Part shown: positions 37,021-50,411 of the stretch, in pieces
Position numbering within the stretch: position 1 is the stretch's first letter
Layout: every line of letters starts with the position of its first letter
Origin: Scenedesmus sp. PABB004
Taxonomy: Eukaryota
NCBI GenBank assembly: GCA_014905635.1
Contig: JABVCE010000003.1
Coordinates: 1,240,001 to 1,304,000 of the forward strand
Direction of reading: 5' to 3'
DNA length: 64,000 nucleotides
Program-made: the position numbers and the translations under genes
The notes under the pieces: model-generated
Told to the model about the DNA's origin: nothing
Databases searched by the model: none
Seen by the model: the letters and a program-made list of their open reading frames with translations, nothing else

Positions 37021-37924
37021 TCAGTGGTCGTCAATCTTGACCAGCTCGGTGTCAAAGATGAGCGTGGCGCCGCCCGGGATGGTCGGCGGCGCGCCGCTCT
37101 CGCCGTAGCCGAGGTGGGGCGGGATCTTGAGCTTCCGCTTCTCGCCCACGCTGCGCGGCGGGAGGGGGAGGGAGAGGGCGAGGGGGCGGGCGGGCGCAGC
37201 GCGTTTCAGCGCCGTGCCCGCCACACGCTGCCCCGCGTGCGCACGCGCGCCCGGGCGCCCCCGCCGCGCGGCCCCGCGCGGCGGCGGCGGCGCACCACAT
37301 GCCGCTGATGCCCTGGTCCCAGCCCTTGATGACGCGCCCCGCGCCCTGGCGGGAGGAGGAGGCGGCGGAGCAGGAGAAAGGTGAGGGCGCGGCGCGCGCG
37401 CCCGGCCGGCGGGGCGCGCCGCGCCGGCGGGGCGCCGCGCCCCCGCCCAGCGCGGCAGCCGCCCGCCACTCACGAGTTCGAACACGATCGGGTCGTTGCG
37501 GTCGAGAGAGCTGTCAAACTTGGTGCCGTCCGTGAGCTTGCCCTGCGAGCGCGCGCAGGGGGCGCGGCGCGTGAGGGACAGCAAGGCGCGCGGCTGCGGG
37601 CGCACCGGTGCCGACAAGGCCGCCGGCGCCGCGCGGGCGCGCCGCCGCCCCCACCGTGTAGTGGACGTGCACCGTGTCGCCGGGCTTGGCCTTGCGGGGG
37701 CAGGACTTGGGCTTGAACTGCGGAGCGGCAGCGGCGGCAGCGGCGAGAGCGGTTGGCGCCCGCCGGCGCGCCCGGGCGCCCGATCGCGCCCGCGCGGCGC
37801 GGGGGCTCGCCTTGACGCCGATCTGGAGCTGCGTCACGTCCTTCTCCTTGGCGGCGCACGCGGCGACCGCCGCGAGCAGGACGAGCGCGGCGAGCAGCGC
37901 GCTGCCGGGCGTGCGGCGCGCCAT
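37021..37924 (-). CDS. FKBP-type peptidyl-prolyl isomerase with signal peptide (FKBP15/FKBP2-like), 5 exons
   Basis: Signal peptide [83 protein letters not shown]. Confidence 0.93.
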
Positions 37925-38314
37925 GGCTGGCTGTTGGTGCAGCTCACGGGGTCGTGTCCGGGGGCGCACTCTGGGCGAGCTCCCCAGCCGGCGCAGGCCG
38001 AGCCAGCGGGCGGGCGCGCTTCAGGCTCCGGCGGCGGCACCGCGGCGGCGGCGCAGCGACGGCGGTGGTCGCGTCGGTCTCGTCCCCGCGCCCGCGGTCA
38101 CTGCCGGCGATTAGCCAAGCCTTCCGGATCGCTGGAGCGGCTCTCGCGAGCCGGCCCGTGCTCGCGCCGCGCCCGCGCCGTGCAGAGCGGCGCCGGCGAA
38201 CCGTTCGCCACTCCTGGTTGGTCTCTCGCAGTCCTAGAACTCCTGACGCCAGCCACAGCGCCTGCGGCGCCCCGGCCGGGCCGCGCCAGCCGCAGCAGCA
38301 TCGGCGGGCCGCCC

Positions 38315-40135
38315 ATGCCCAGCATCGGCGGGCCGCCCCGGAGCGCTCGGGGCAGCCCCGATGCCGTGGCCGCCCTCCTGGCCCGCCTGGGCCTGCCGGC
38401 GGGGCTGTGGCAGCTGTCGCTGGCCGACGCGCCGCCGCCGGGCGCCGCCGACAGCGGCGGCGGCGGCGCTGTCGCCAGCGCGGCGCACGGCTTCTTCAGC
38501 CTGCGCGTCTCGGGCGGACAGGTGCAGGTGACCGCCAGCGACGCGGTGCAGCTGGCCGCGGGCGCGCACTGGTTCCTCAAGCACTGGGCGTGCGGCAGCG
38601 TGTCGTGGGCGGCGACGGGCGGGCTGCAGCTCGGCGACGCGGCGCTGTCGCGGCCCGCGCTCGACGCGCTCGAGGCGCGCGGCCGCGTGACCGTCACGCG
38701 CGCGGTGCCGTGGACGTGGTACCAGAACCCGGTGCGCGCGCCGCGGCGGCGGCGGCGGCGGCGCGGGCCGCGCGCGGCGCGCCCGACCCGCCCGCGCGCC
38801 GCCGCGCGGATGGCGGACCGCGCAGGTCACCTTCTCCTACTCCATGGCGTTCTGGGACTGGCCGCGGTGGGAGGCGGAGCTGGACTGGATGGCGCTGCAG
38901 GGCGTGAACCTGCCGCTGATGCCGCTCGGCGTAGAGGCGCTGCTGTCGCGCACGTTTGCGGGCTTTGGCGTCCCGCCCGCCGCGCTTGCCGACTTCTTCC
39001 CCGGGCCCGCCTTCCTGGCGTGGGGCCGGCTCGGCAACATCCAGGCCCACGGCGGCTCGCTGCCGGCGGCGTACATGGAGAAGCAGCTCGCGCTCGCGCG
39101 CCGCGTCGTGTCGCGCATGCGGGAGCTGGGCATGACGCCGGTTTATCCTGCGTTCGCCGGCTTCGTCCCGCGCGCGTTCTCCGAGGCGCGCCCCGGCGCG
39201 GCCGTCGCGCCGGCGTCGTGCTGGTGCCGCTTCCCGCCCGGGCTCTCCTGCCCGCTGCTGCTCGACCCCGCCGACCCGCTCTTCGCCGAGCTCGGCGCGG
39301 CGTACATCACCACGCTGCGCGCCGAGCTCGGCTGGGACGCGGCGAGCTTCTACATCGCCGACACCTTCAACGAGGTGCGCGCCGCCTGCCGCGCCGCGCC
39401 ACGCCGCGCCACCGCCGCCGCCGGCCCCGAGCCTGACCACGTCCCGCGCCCCCCCGCAGCTCAAGCCGGCGAGCGCGGAGCCGGCGTACCTCGGCCGCGT
39501 TGCGGGCAGCGTGTTCGGCGGCATGGCCGCCGCCGACCCCGCGGCGACGTGGGTGTGCCAGGCGTGGCTGTTCTTCTCAGACGCCGCGTTCTGGCAGCCG
39601 CCGCAGATCAAGGTCCGCACTCGCGCACGGCGTGCGGGCTGCAGTGTGCGCGGGGCGCGGGCGGGCGCGCGCGGCGCGCGGGCGGGCGCCCACTGTGCCG
39701 CGCCGCGCCGCAGGCGCTGCTGGGCGGCGTGCCGCGCGGGCGGCTCGTGCTGCTGGACCTTTTCGCGGACGAGCACCCGGTGTGGAGCCGGACTGAGGCC
39801 TTCTACGGGCACCCCTGGATCTTCACGATGCTCCACAAGTGAGCGGCGGCCCAGCGCGCGCGGGCGCGGGCGCCCCGGCGCCGCCGCCGCGCCACCCTGA
39901 CGCGCCTCCCCGCCCCGCCGCAGCTTCGGCGGCAACCTCGAGATGTATGGAGCGCTGCCCGGGATCGCCGCGGGGCTCACGGCCGCGCTCGCCGCGCCAG
40001 GGTGCGCGCTCGTGGGTGTCGGCATGGCGCCGGAGGGCATCGAGCACAACCCGGTGGGCTTTTTGCGCGCGCGCGCGCGCGGCGCCGCCCGCGTCCGCGC
40101 CCGCGCCGCCGCGCGGCGCTGACCGCCGCCGCCGC

Positions 40136-40232
<97 letters not shown>

Positions 40233-41691
40233 TGCCGTGGCCCAGGTGGTGTTTGAGTTCATGTCTGAGATGGCCCTGGCCGGCCGCGCAGCCGCGGCGG
40301 CGGCGCCCGGCGGGCTCGCGGCGTGGTTCGGGGCCTACGCCGCGCGGCGCTACGGCGGCGCGGGGCCCCTGCCGCCCGCCGCGGCGGCGCGCGTCGCGGG
40401 CGCGTGGGCGCTGCTCGGCCGCAGCGTGTACGCCGCGGCCGACCGCGCGCGCAGCACGGTCTGCGACATCCCCACGAGTCGCCCGGGGCTCGAGCGGCGC
40501 GAGGTCGTGGGCTGGGGCCTCGCGCCGCACCTGTGGTACAGCGTAGCCGACGTGCGCGCGGCGTGGGAGCTGCTGCTGCAGGCCGCCGCCGCGGCGCCGG
40601 CGCTGCCGGCGTGCAGCAGCGCGTTTGTGTATGACCTCGTTGACGTCAGCCGCGAGCTCATGAGCAAGGTGGCCGGCGCTCGCTCGCGCACGCGGCCGTG
40701 TGCTTGGGTTTGTGGTGGTGGTGGGCGGTGGGACCGGGCGGGGCGGGGCGGGAGCGGCGGGGCGCGGCGCGCAGCAGCGCGGCGTGCCGTGCTGACGCGC
40801 GCGCCGCCGCCGCCGCCGCCGCCGCAGATCGCGGGCCGCTTCTGGGCGGACGCGGTCGCCGCGTACCGCGCGGGCAGCGCCGAGGGCCTCGCCGCGGCGG
40901 GCGGCGCGCTGCTGGGCCTGCTGGCCGACTTGGACGAGCTGCTGGGCACGCACGCCGCGTTCCTGCTGGGCCCGGCGCTCGCGCGCGCGCGCGCCTACGC
41001 CGACGACGACAAGCCCGAGCCGGCCGCCGCGCCGGCGCCGGCGGGCGGGGGCAGCAGCAGCAGCAGCGGCGGCAGCCTCGAGAGCAGCGCCACCGACCTC
41101 GCCGCGCCCGGACGCGCCGGCAGCGCCGGCGCGGAGGACCGCGGCGAGGCGGGCGGCGCCGGCGCCGAGGGGCGCGCCGCGCTGGCGGGCCTGTACGAGC
41201 GCAACCTGCGCATGCAGCTCACGATCTGGGGCACGTCGTCCGCCGCCGGCGACAGCGAGGTCAGCGACTATGCCAACAAGGAGTGGGCGGGCCTCATCTC
41301 GGGCTTTTACGCGCCCCGCTGGGCGTCGTGGCTCGCGCGCCTCGCGGTCGACCTCGCGGCGGGGCGGCCGTACGACGCCGAGGCGTGGCGGCTCGAGGCG
41401 CTCGCCCTCACAGCGGCGTGGGTCGACGCCGGCGCCGCCGACGGCGGGCCGCCGGCGGAGCTCGCGCTCGCGCCGCGCGGCGACGCCGTCGCGCTCTCCA
41501 CGGCGGCGTACGAGCGCTACGGCCGGCTGCTCGCGCCCGGCTGCTCCGCGACGGCGGCCACGGCGGCGGCGGCAGCCGCCGCCGCCGCGACGGGCCTCGC
41601 CGCGGCGGGCCTCGCCGCCGCCGCCGCGCCCGCGGCGGTCGCGGCGGGCGCCGCGGCGACCGCCGCCGGCCCGACCCTGGTCGAGGCGTGA
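38315..41691 (+). CDS. NAGLU: Alpha-N-acetylglucosaminidase (glycoside hydrolase family 89)
   Basis: [47 protein letters not shown], catalytic-type DTFNE and GMAPEGIEHNPVVFE, and DYANKEWAGLISGFYAPRW. The start codon is uncertain. Confidence 0.9.
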
Positions 41692-42467
41692 GGCGCCGCG
41701 CGCCGCGCGCCGTCACGGGGCGGGGAGCCCCTGCGCGGTGCCGCCCGGTGGCGGTGGGGGCGCAGGGCATTGGTTCGCTGTCATTGGGGTTCAGGGTTAG
41801 CTTGGTTTGCTGTCATGCATTGGTCTGAGTCTCACGCCCGCGTGTCTCAACGCACCCTGCCGGACGCGCCCGTGGCGCGCTGCACCTTGTTCGTTCCATC
41901 GTGGCCCCGGACGGGGCTCGCCGACCCTGCCCACTTCTGGCGCGCCCGCGCTCGCGTGCGCCGCGCCCCGAACCGCCGCTCGGGGGGCCCTGAGCGGCTG
42001 TGTGTCACACGCGCCCTCTGATACTTCTTTTGTGTTTCTGTGTTTCTGTGTCTGCCGGTTTGGGCGTCAAGCGTGTCGGCCTCAGCTCTCGGATCGCGCG
42101 CGTGGCGCCGCCCACACTCACCATTATGGCTCCGCTCCCCCCGCCCTGCAACCGCGCAACCGCGCGCCGCATCGCTTGAGAATGCCGCGGCTCCTCGCCG
42201 CACGTGGACCTCGGCGCGACGCCTGCTGTGCCGCCTGCTGTGCCGCCGCTCGGCGCGGCGGCAAACTGTGTGGTGTGGTGTGGTATCGGGGCTCTCGCAC
42301 GTTTGAGAGTGCGCCGTGTGTTTTCTGTTCTTCTGGTGTGTGGTGGCTGTGGCCCCGCGCGTGCGTGCGCCAGCGCGCATGCGGTCTCCCTGCTTGCAAC
42401 CATGCGCGGTACAGCGCAGCCGTCTGCACGCGCGCGGCCCGACCGTGCAGACGCCCCGCGCGCACGC

Positions 42468-44220
42468 TCACGTGCCCGCCGGCTGCGCTGGCGCCGGCGC
42501 GAGGTCCCACGCCTCTCGCAGCCCCACGCGCTCCGCCGACCAGCGCCAGAGCCACGCGCCGAGGTCGGGGTCGGCCGCGAGCCGGTGCGGCGCCACGGGG
42601 CGCGCGCTGCAGTCCAGGTAGCCGCCCGTGGCCGCGGCCGCCGCTGCAGCGCCGGGGTCTGTCGCGGCGTAGACCGACGCGCGCGCGCCTGCGCGGGACG
42701 GCGGGCGGGCGGGCGGCGGGCGCCCGCGCGAGACGTCGGGCGCGGGCGACCAGCGGCGGGGCGCGCTGCTAGCTGCCGCTGGTCTGACCCGCGCGGCGGG
42801 CGGGCGGGCACAGGCGGCCGGACCAGGTCGCACCCTCGTCTGGCGTGAGCAGCACGCGCGTCATCAGCAGCCGGTAGGCCGCCTGCAGCCGCGCCGGCAG
42901 GCTGCGCACGACGTCGGTCAGCACGTTGCCGGGGTGCACCGCGAGCGCGTCCACGCCCGCCCCCGCCGCGGACAGCCGCGCGGCGAGCTCGCGCGTGAAC
43001 GCGACCTGCGCGCCCGGCGCGCGGGCGGGGCGGCGGCGGCGGCGGGGCGCGCGCGTCGGCGGGCGCGCAGCGCGCCGGCCCCGCGCCACCGCCGCGGGCC
43101 CCGCGCCAGCGCGCCCCGGCGGCGCGCCTGCGCGAGCTTGCTGTTGCCGTACGCCAGCTCCGCCGAGTAGGCGCCGCGCATCTCCGGGTCGGCCCGCAGC
43201 CGGTAGCCCAGGTGGTGCATCGCCGACGCCACGCTCACGACGCGCGGCACAAAGCCCCGTGCCGCGCCGCGGTCGGCGCCGCCGCCGCCGGCCGCCGCCG
43301 CGCGTCGCAGCGCGGGCAGCAGGCCGAGGGTGAGCAGGAAGTGTGCCAGGTGGTTGGTCTGCATGTGGACCTCGACGCCGTCCCCCGTCTCGCAGCGCCC
43401 GACTGGGTGCCGTCACGGCGCCGCGCGCGGCGGGCGGTGGGCGCGGCGGCCTCACCGGGGCGCGCGCGCTGCCGCCGCCGGCGCAGTGGCAGCAGCGGCA
43501 GCAGCAGCGGCAGCAGCGGCGGCGCCGCGCACCGCCCATGTTAAAGAGTCCAGCGTTGTTGATGAGCACATGCAGCGCCCGCCCGCCCGCCTCCCAGCGC
43601 TCGACGAAGTCCCGCACCGAGTCGAGGCTCGCGAGGTCCAGCAGGCTCACCTCGAGCGACGGCGCGCGCCGCCCCGCCGCGGCCGCGTCGGCCGTGAGCG
43701 CCGCGACCATCGACTCGCCCTTGGCCGCGCTGCGGCAGGCCAGCACGACTGCGCGGCGCGCGCGGCGGCGGTCGGCGCGAGGTGTCGCGCGCGGGCGCTG
43801 CGCGGGGCGCGTCGGCCGCGCGCCGCCGCCGCCGCCGCCGCCGTGCGCGCCGCGCCGCGCGAGCTCCGCCGCCGTCGCCCAGCCGATGCCGCTGCAGCGG
43901 CGCGCGGGCAGGCGGGCGCCGCCGTCAGGGAGCGCGGGGGTCAGCCGGCTGCCGGCGCCCGGCGGGCCGGCTCGTCGCGGCACGCGCCTCGTGGGGCCGG
44001 TGACGACGACCGTCAGGCCGCTAGCGTCCGGCGCGCCCAGCTCCGCCAGCGGCGGCACGCCGCGCGTGATCAGCAGCTTCTGCAGCGCGGCGGCGCGGCG
44101 ACGGTCGATGCGCGCAGTCGCGGCGGCGGGCGCAGGCGCAGCGGCCACGGCCGCGGCGCGTGCCTGGCAGGCGGTGCCATACAGGTAGTTGTAGGCCGCG
44201 CCCTTGAGGTAGTCCAGCAT
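42468..44220 (-). CDS. Short-chain dehydrogenase/reductase (retinol dehydrogenase/Tic32-like)
   Basis: TGPTSGIG, LDLASLDSV, LINNAG, TNHLAHFLL, YGNSK and AVHPGNV. Two GC-AG introns. Confidence 0.88.
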
Positions 44221-44541
44221 GGCGGCGCGCCGCCGACGCCGCCGGCTCGCGTCGCTGCTGTCGCTGTCGCTGCCGTGCCGACGACGCTCGTTCGCGTGTG
44301 GCGCAGTGGTGGTCACGGAGCTAGAGTCGTGGGCTATCGACAGGCGGGCTGGCGCAGCGGGCGTGTTGTGGTGTGCGGAGCGCCGGCGCGGCGAGGCACG
44401 CCGTCAAACGGCGGTCGAGGGCTCAGCCGCTGAGCCGCCTGGCGCCCCACGCCGCCGTCGTGCGTCACACCGCGCCCACAGCGCCGTTCGCGACCGCGCA
44501 TTCGGCCCAGCAGCCACCGGCCAGCGCGCGGCGGCAGCGCG

Positions 44542-44666
44542 ATGCTTGTCGCGGCGGCGCGCGGCGCGCGTGCGTGCGGGCGTGGCGCGCCGCTGGAGGG
44601 CCTCCGTCGCGTGCATGCCTCCGTCGGTGTGGCATCTGACGGCCCCGCGGAGCAGCGGCAGCAGCC

Positions 44667-44734
<68 letters not shown>

Positions 44735-46452
44735 CGTTCGCGATGGCGCCGGGCGGGCTGCTGCACGTCGTCTGCACCGCGGCGGGGACGAGCGTGGAAG
44801 TGACCAACGGCGCCGAGGACGCGGTGGCGCTGCGCGCCGAGGGCGGCGCGGCGTTCTCGACGCAGCAGCTGCCCGGCGGCCGCGTCGTCGGTGCGGCGGC
44901 GCGCGGCGGCGCGAGGCGTGGCCCTGGCCGCGTGCGCCGTGGCGCGGCGATAGCCGCTGCAGCGCCACGCGCGGCCCACTCAGCGGCGGCTGCCCGCGCG
45001 CGCAGACGCCGTCGAGGCGGCGGCGGCAGGGGCGCGCGGCCTCGGGCGAGGCCCGGCTCGCCGCGCAGATGCCGAGCCGCTTCTGCGGCCTCCACGCGTC
45101 CACGGCGGGCGGCCGGCTGACGCTCGCGGCGGTGCAGGAGGCGGAGCTCTCCGCGGTGACGCAGGGCGGCAGCGTGGAGGTGCGGCGCGCCAAGACCTCC
45201 AACGCAGCCATCAACACGGCGCGCGCCGACGACCCGGGCGCGCGGGGCGGCGACATCACGGTGCGGCGGCGCACGGCGCGGCCGCGTGCGGCGCCGCGCC
45301 CGCGCCCGCGCAGCGACCGAGCCCGCGCCTGCGAACAAGCCCGCGCGCCGCGCAGGTCGGCGAGCTGAGCGCGTCGCACCTGCGCCTGCGCTCCGGCGGG
45401 GGGCGCATCGACGTGCAGCGCATGTTTGGCCTGGACGCCGAGGCGCTGAGCGGCGGCGGCGCGCTGCGCCTGGGCGCGCTGTACGGCGTGAAGGCCCACC
45501 TCGCGAGCGGCGGCGGCCCGCTGAGTGTCGGGCACATGGCGTGCAGCGGGCTCGCGCAGCTCGAGAGCGGCGGCGGGCGGCTCGCCGTCGACGGCCTGGA
45601 GGGCAGCGCGAGCCTGCTGTCCAGCGGCGGCGACATCAAGGTGCGTGCGTGTTGAGGCGTGTGCGCGAGAGCGCGAGCGCGAGCGCCGCGGCGGCGCCGC
45701 ACGGCACCCTGGGCGGCGCCAACGCCACCACGCGCGCCGCCGCCGCCGGCGCAGCTGCACCTGCACGAGCAGTTTGGGCGCGTGTTTGTCGACAGCGCCG
45801 GCGGCGCCGTCGAGGCGTGGGTGAGCCCTGCCGCGGAGGTTGAGCTGCAGGTCGCCGGCGGCGGCGGCGTCGACCTGGACCCGGCGCTGCGGGTGCGGGC
45901 CGGCGGCGCACACGGCGCGGGAAGGGAGGAGGGGGAGGGGGGCAGTGGCAGGGCGCCGACGCCAGGGGGGGCGGCCGCCGACGCCCGGCGCGCGCGGGCT
46001 GCGCGCGCCGCCGCCCGCAGGTCACGGGGGAGCTGGGGCGCGTGTCGCTCACGGGCGTGACCGGCGCCAGCGGCGGCCGCAGCGCCGCCGCCAGCAGCCA
46101 CGCGGCGCGCGCGGCGCAGGCGGCGCAGCAGCTGGCCGCGCAGGCGGCCGCGGCGGCGGGGCCGGGGCTGGCGGCGGGCGGCGGCAGCCTCAACGCCAGC
46201 CGCCTGCACCGCGCGTCGGGCGAGGTGGCGCAGTTTGCCGCCGCTGCCGCGGCCGGCGAGGGGCAAGCGGGCCGCAGCCAGGCCCAGCAGGCGCAGCAGC
46301 CAGCAGCGGGGTGTGGCGGCGGCGGCTGCGGCGGCGGCCGGCCCGTGCGGCAGCTGGTCATCAACGCCGGCGGGGGGCGCGTGACGCTGCGGGCGATGGG
46401 CTGGATGGACGGCGTCCGCGCCAAGCTCGCGGCGCGCAGCGCACCGTCGTGA
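44542..46452 (+). CDS. DUF4097/FAM185A-like beta-strand repeat protein with polyQ
   Basis: Repeated SGGG-x-I/L beta units (STAGGRL, TQGGSV, RSGGGRI, ASGGGPL, ESGGGRL, SSGGDI, DSAGGAV) preceded by MPSRFCGL. Presequence-like N-terminus. Confidence 0.65.
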
Positions 46453-46641
46453 CGGCGATAACCCTGCGGCGGTGCGCGAGCCGCCCGCAGGAACAGCGTG
46501 AAGCGGGGCGCTGCGCTTGCGACGCCAGCCCCCACGTGCGCCGCGCCGCTCGCGGCGCGCGCTCCCGCAGCGACAGCCACACGTGGCCGCGCGCTGCCGC
46601 CGCCCGCCGCTGCAGCTCGCCTGCGCTCGCGGGCGATCGTC

Positions 46642-47670
46642 ATGAACCTGGCCATGGCCCAGCTGCGCCCCGCGCCCCTCGGCGCGCGCGCCCAGAAGGC
46701 GCTGGCAGCGCCGGCGGGTGCGCCTCGCGCCGCCTGCGCCCAATCGCGCCGTGCAGAGGCGTCGCGCACCGGTCCACGCTGATCCCGCCGCCAGCCCGCC
46801 GCGCAGGCCTGAGCGGCGCGCGCAGCGCCTGCGGCCGCGCGCCGGCGCCGCCGGCAGCGGCGCTGCGCCGGCGCCGCGCCTCCGTCGCGACGCGCACGGC
46901 GCAGCTGGAGGCGGCCCAGGACACGACGCGGGAGCCTGACGCGGCCGTGGAGGCGGCGCAGGCGGGCGAGGCCTTCGTCTGGACCAAGGCACGGCGCCGC
47001 GCCGCTCAGCTGCGCGCCGCGCTGTCCCTTCTCGCCGCTCAGCGCCGCCCCGCTCGCCGCGCCGCTCAGAACTGGTACCCCGCTGCGGCGGTGGAGAACC
47101 TGGACCCGCTCCGGCCTAACAAGTTCAAGCTGCTGGGAAAGGACTACGTGCTGTGGCGCGACGGCGGCGGCGCGTGGCGGTGCATGGCCGACCGGTGCAG
47201 CCACCGCCTGGCGACGCTGAGCGACGGCGTCATCTCGGGCGGCCAGCTCGTCTGCGCGTACCACGGGTGGCGGTTCGAGGTGCGCTGCGCGGCCGGCTGC
47301 GGGCGCGCGCCACCGGCGCTGCGCCAGGCGCGGGTCCGCCGCCGCCGGGCGCGGCCGCAGCGAGCGCGCTGAGCCCTGCCGCTGCCGCCGCCGCGACGCG
47401 CCGCGCGCCCGCCCGCGCAGGGCAGCGGCGCGTGTGTGTCGATCCCGCAGGCCGTCGATGCGGCGGCGGCGGCGACCGCGTGCGCGAGCAAGCGCAGCTG
47501 CGTGGCGTCGTACCCGACCGCGGTCTCCGGCGGGCTCCTCTTTGTCTGGCCCGACGACGCGCCCAGCGCGGCGGCCGACGCGGCGGCCGCGGGTGCGGCG
47601 CCCGCCGGCCGCGCGGCGCTGGCCGCGCGGCGCCCGTGCACTGCGCGCCGCCGCCGCCGACCCCGCCGCC

Positions 47671-47701
<31 letters not shown>

Positions 47702-49966
47702 CCGCAGAGCTGCCGGTGCTGCCTGAGATGGCAGACGCCTCCCTCATGCCCGAGGAGGGGCGCTGGATGGTGCGCGACCTGCCGTACAGGTCCGTAGCAG
47801 CTGCGCGGCACGCAAAGGGCGGCGCGCGCGGCGCCGCGCCTGCTGCTGTGCTGCTGGCGCTGGCGCTGGCTGGTCGGGCCCCGGCCGCCGACCCCTGCGC
47901 CCTGAACCCCGCACGCTGGTGTCCGCTGCGCCCTGAACCGCCCCGCGCAGCTGGGATTTCTTTGTTGAGAACGTGCTCGACCCCACGCACGTGGAGTTTG
48001 CCCACCACGGCGTCGCGGGTGCGCGCGCGCCGCGCAGCGAGCGGCGCGCGACGGCGCGACGGCGCGCGGTTGCGGCAGCGGCGCTGCGCGGCGAGCGGCG
48101 AGCAGCGGCGGCGGCGCACGCCCACCGGACAGCGTGGCGCCGGTGGCCGGGGCATTCGGCCCTGGTCGGCGCGCTGCGCCGCCGCAGCCCGCTCCGGTCC
48201 GCCCGTCACCGCCGCCGCGCCCGCTCCCGTCGCCGCGCCCAGGCTTTGACGCCGCCAAGGCGCAGCCGGTGGACATCAAGATTGACAAGGACCTCGGCCC
48301 ACGCGGCTTTGTGGCGCACGTGCGGGCCGGCCGGGCTGCCGCGCGCCCGCCACGCCGGCCAGCTGGCAGCGCCGACGCGCGCACGCCGCCGCCTGCGCCG
48401 CCCCTCTGCCTCACCACCAGGTCAAGCCCAGCGACCCGACGCGCCGCGGCAGCTACGCTCATTTCCGCCCGCCCTGCCTCGTCACGTGAGTGGCCGCCTC
48501 CACGCCAGCCCGCAGCCTGCTCCGCGCCGCGCGCGCCGCCCCGCGCGCGGCCCACCGCCGCGGCGCCGACCCCCGCGCCGCTGCCGCCGCCGACAGGCTG
48601 CAGCCCGGCCCCGACCCCGCGCCGCGCGCGGGCGCGCATACCGGCAAGGGTGCGGCCGACGCGCGGCCTGGCAGCGAGAACCCAAACACTCTCTCCGGGC
48701 TCATTTTCTACGTCACCCCCACGCGCGTGCGTGTGCAGCGCCGCGCCGCTCGCGGCCACGCCGCAGAGCGGCGAGCGCCTTGCCGACGCTGCGCGACAGC
48801 CCGCGCATGCCCGCCTGACGCCGCCACCGCGCCCGCCGCCGCGCCGCGCGGCGCGCGCAGCCGGGGTGGTGCCGGCTGCACGGCACGAGCTGGGTCGCAG
48901 AGAAGCAGCCCGACGGCAGCCTCGCGCCGTCCAAGGCCGCCAGCCTCTTCTCCCACGCGATGCCGGCGTGGGTCAAGCACATCCTGGGGTGCGCGCCGCG
49001 CGGCGCGCGCCCGCTTTTGCCGCCGCCGCCGCCGCCCTCATCGCGTTTGCTGCTTCGCGCGGCTCGCCCGCCCGCTCCCGTCCTGCGTCTCACACCCCTC
49101 GCCACACACACCTCCCCACACACACCTCACCACGCCCGCCAGCTTCTCCTTCTTTGCCGGCGACGACGTCTTCCTCGGCGCGGCGACGCGCGCCTACGCC
49201 GCGGAGGGTGGGTTCCGGGCTCAGCGCCCGCGCCGCCACCACTGGCTGGGCCGGGCGCAGCGCGTGGCGCGCACCTACCGGGCGCAGCAGCATGCGCTGC
49301 CAGCCCTGCCGTCGCTGACGCGCCGCGCCGCGCCGCGCCGCGCCGCGCTTTTGCAGGCTCCGAGTGGCGGCGCAGCTACTACATGCCCACCCCCGCCGAC
49401 GCGGCGATCGTGGCGATGCGGCTCTGGCTGGAGAAGCACGGCGGCGGCGCGCTGCCCTTCCCGCCGCACATGCAGGCGCGGCACGCGCCGGCGGCGCCGG
49501 CGGCGCCGCGTGCCGCGGCGCGCAGGGCCGGCCGCCGCGCGCCGCGCAGCGGCCAACAACGCCCCGCGCCGCGCCGCGCCGCGCTGCGCAGGGCCCCGAG
49601 CACGTGCTGCGCAACCTGGACATCACGCCGCGGCAGGCGATGGACCGCTTTGGGCAGCACGTGCAGCACTGCACGCACTGCAAGTCGGCGCTCGCGCGCA
49701 CGCGCGCGGTCGCGGCCGCCGCGGCTGCTCTCGCGGTCGCCGCCGGCGTGGCGGCGTGCCTCGCCGCGTCGGTGCGCGCCGCCGCGGCGGCCGCGCCCGC
49801 GGCGGTGCCGGGCTGGCTCGCGGCGGCCGCGGGCCTCGGGGGGCAGGCGTTTGGGCTCGCGGGGCCGCTGGTGGTGGTGGGGCTGCTCGCGGCGGCGGTG
49901 CACCTTCTGGCCAAAAAGCTGGAGGCCCAGTTTGACTTTAGCGAGTGGACGCGGCCCGCGTTCTGA
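46642..49966 (+). CDS. Rieske non-heme iron oxygenase of the PAO/TIC55/PTC52 family
   Basis: NWYP; Rieske motif CSHR..LSDG..CAYHGW; iron site ENVLDPTHVEFAHH; C-terminal HVQHCTHC followed by two hydrophobic segments. Confidence 0.88.
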
Positions 49967-50411
49967 GCCGCCATGGTCCGCAGTGCGCCGCGGCGGCACG
50001 CGTCGCTGGCAATTGCACCGAGCTTGGGGCACGGTGTGTGGGAGGGAGTGAGGGGCGACGCGCGCGGAGCGCATTGCAATTGCAAGCCCGGGCCGCCGCC
50101 GCCGCGTGGGCAGGGGCAGCGCCACGCCGGGCCCGCCATCTCAGTCCCAAGCCTGTCAGTCCAACGCCGCCGCCGCGCCTGCGGCGAGTGCGCGCCAGGC
50201 GTGCAATTGTCAACGCGCGCGGGGGCGCAGTCAAGGTCGATGTTGATGGCCCCCTGCCCTCTTCTTGCAGAGCAGTCAAGGTGCCGCGCACCCCGCGTCT
50301 TGTGTGTTGTGTGTGTTGGCGAGTGATGCGACCAGGCTCCCACACGCCTGGCAAAACCGCGTGCCGCCATGCGCCGACTGCCCCGTGCATGCCCCCCCCC
50401 CTCCCCCGTGC

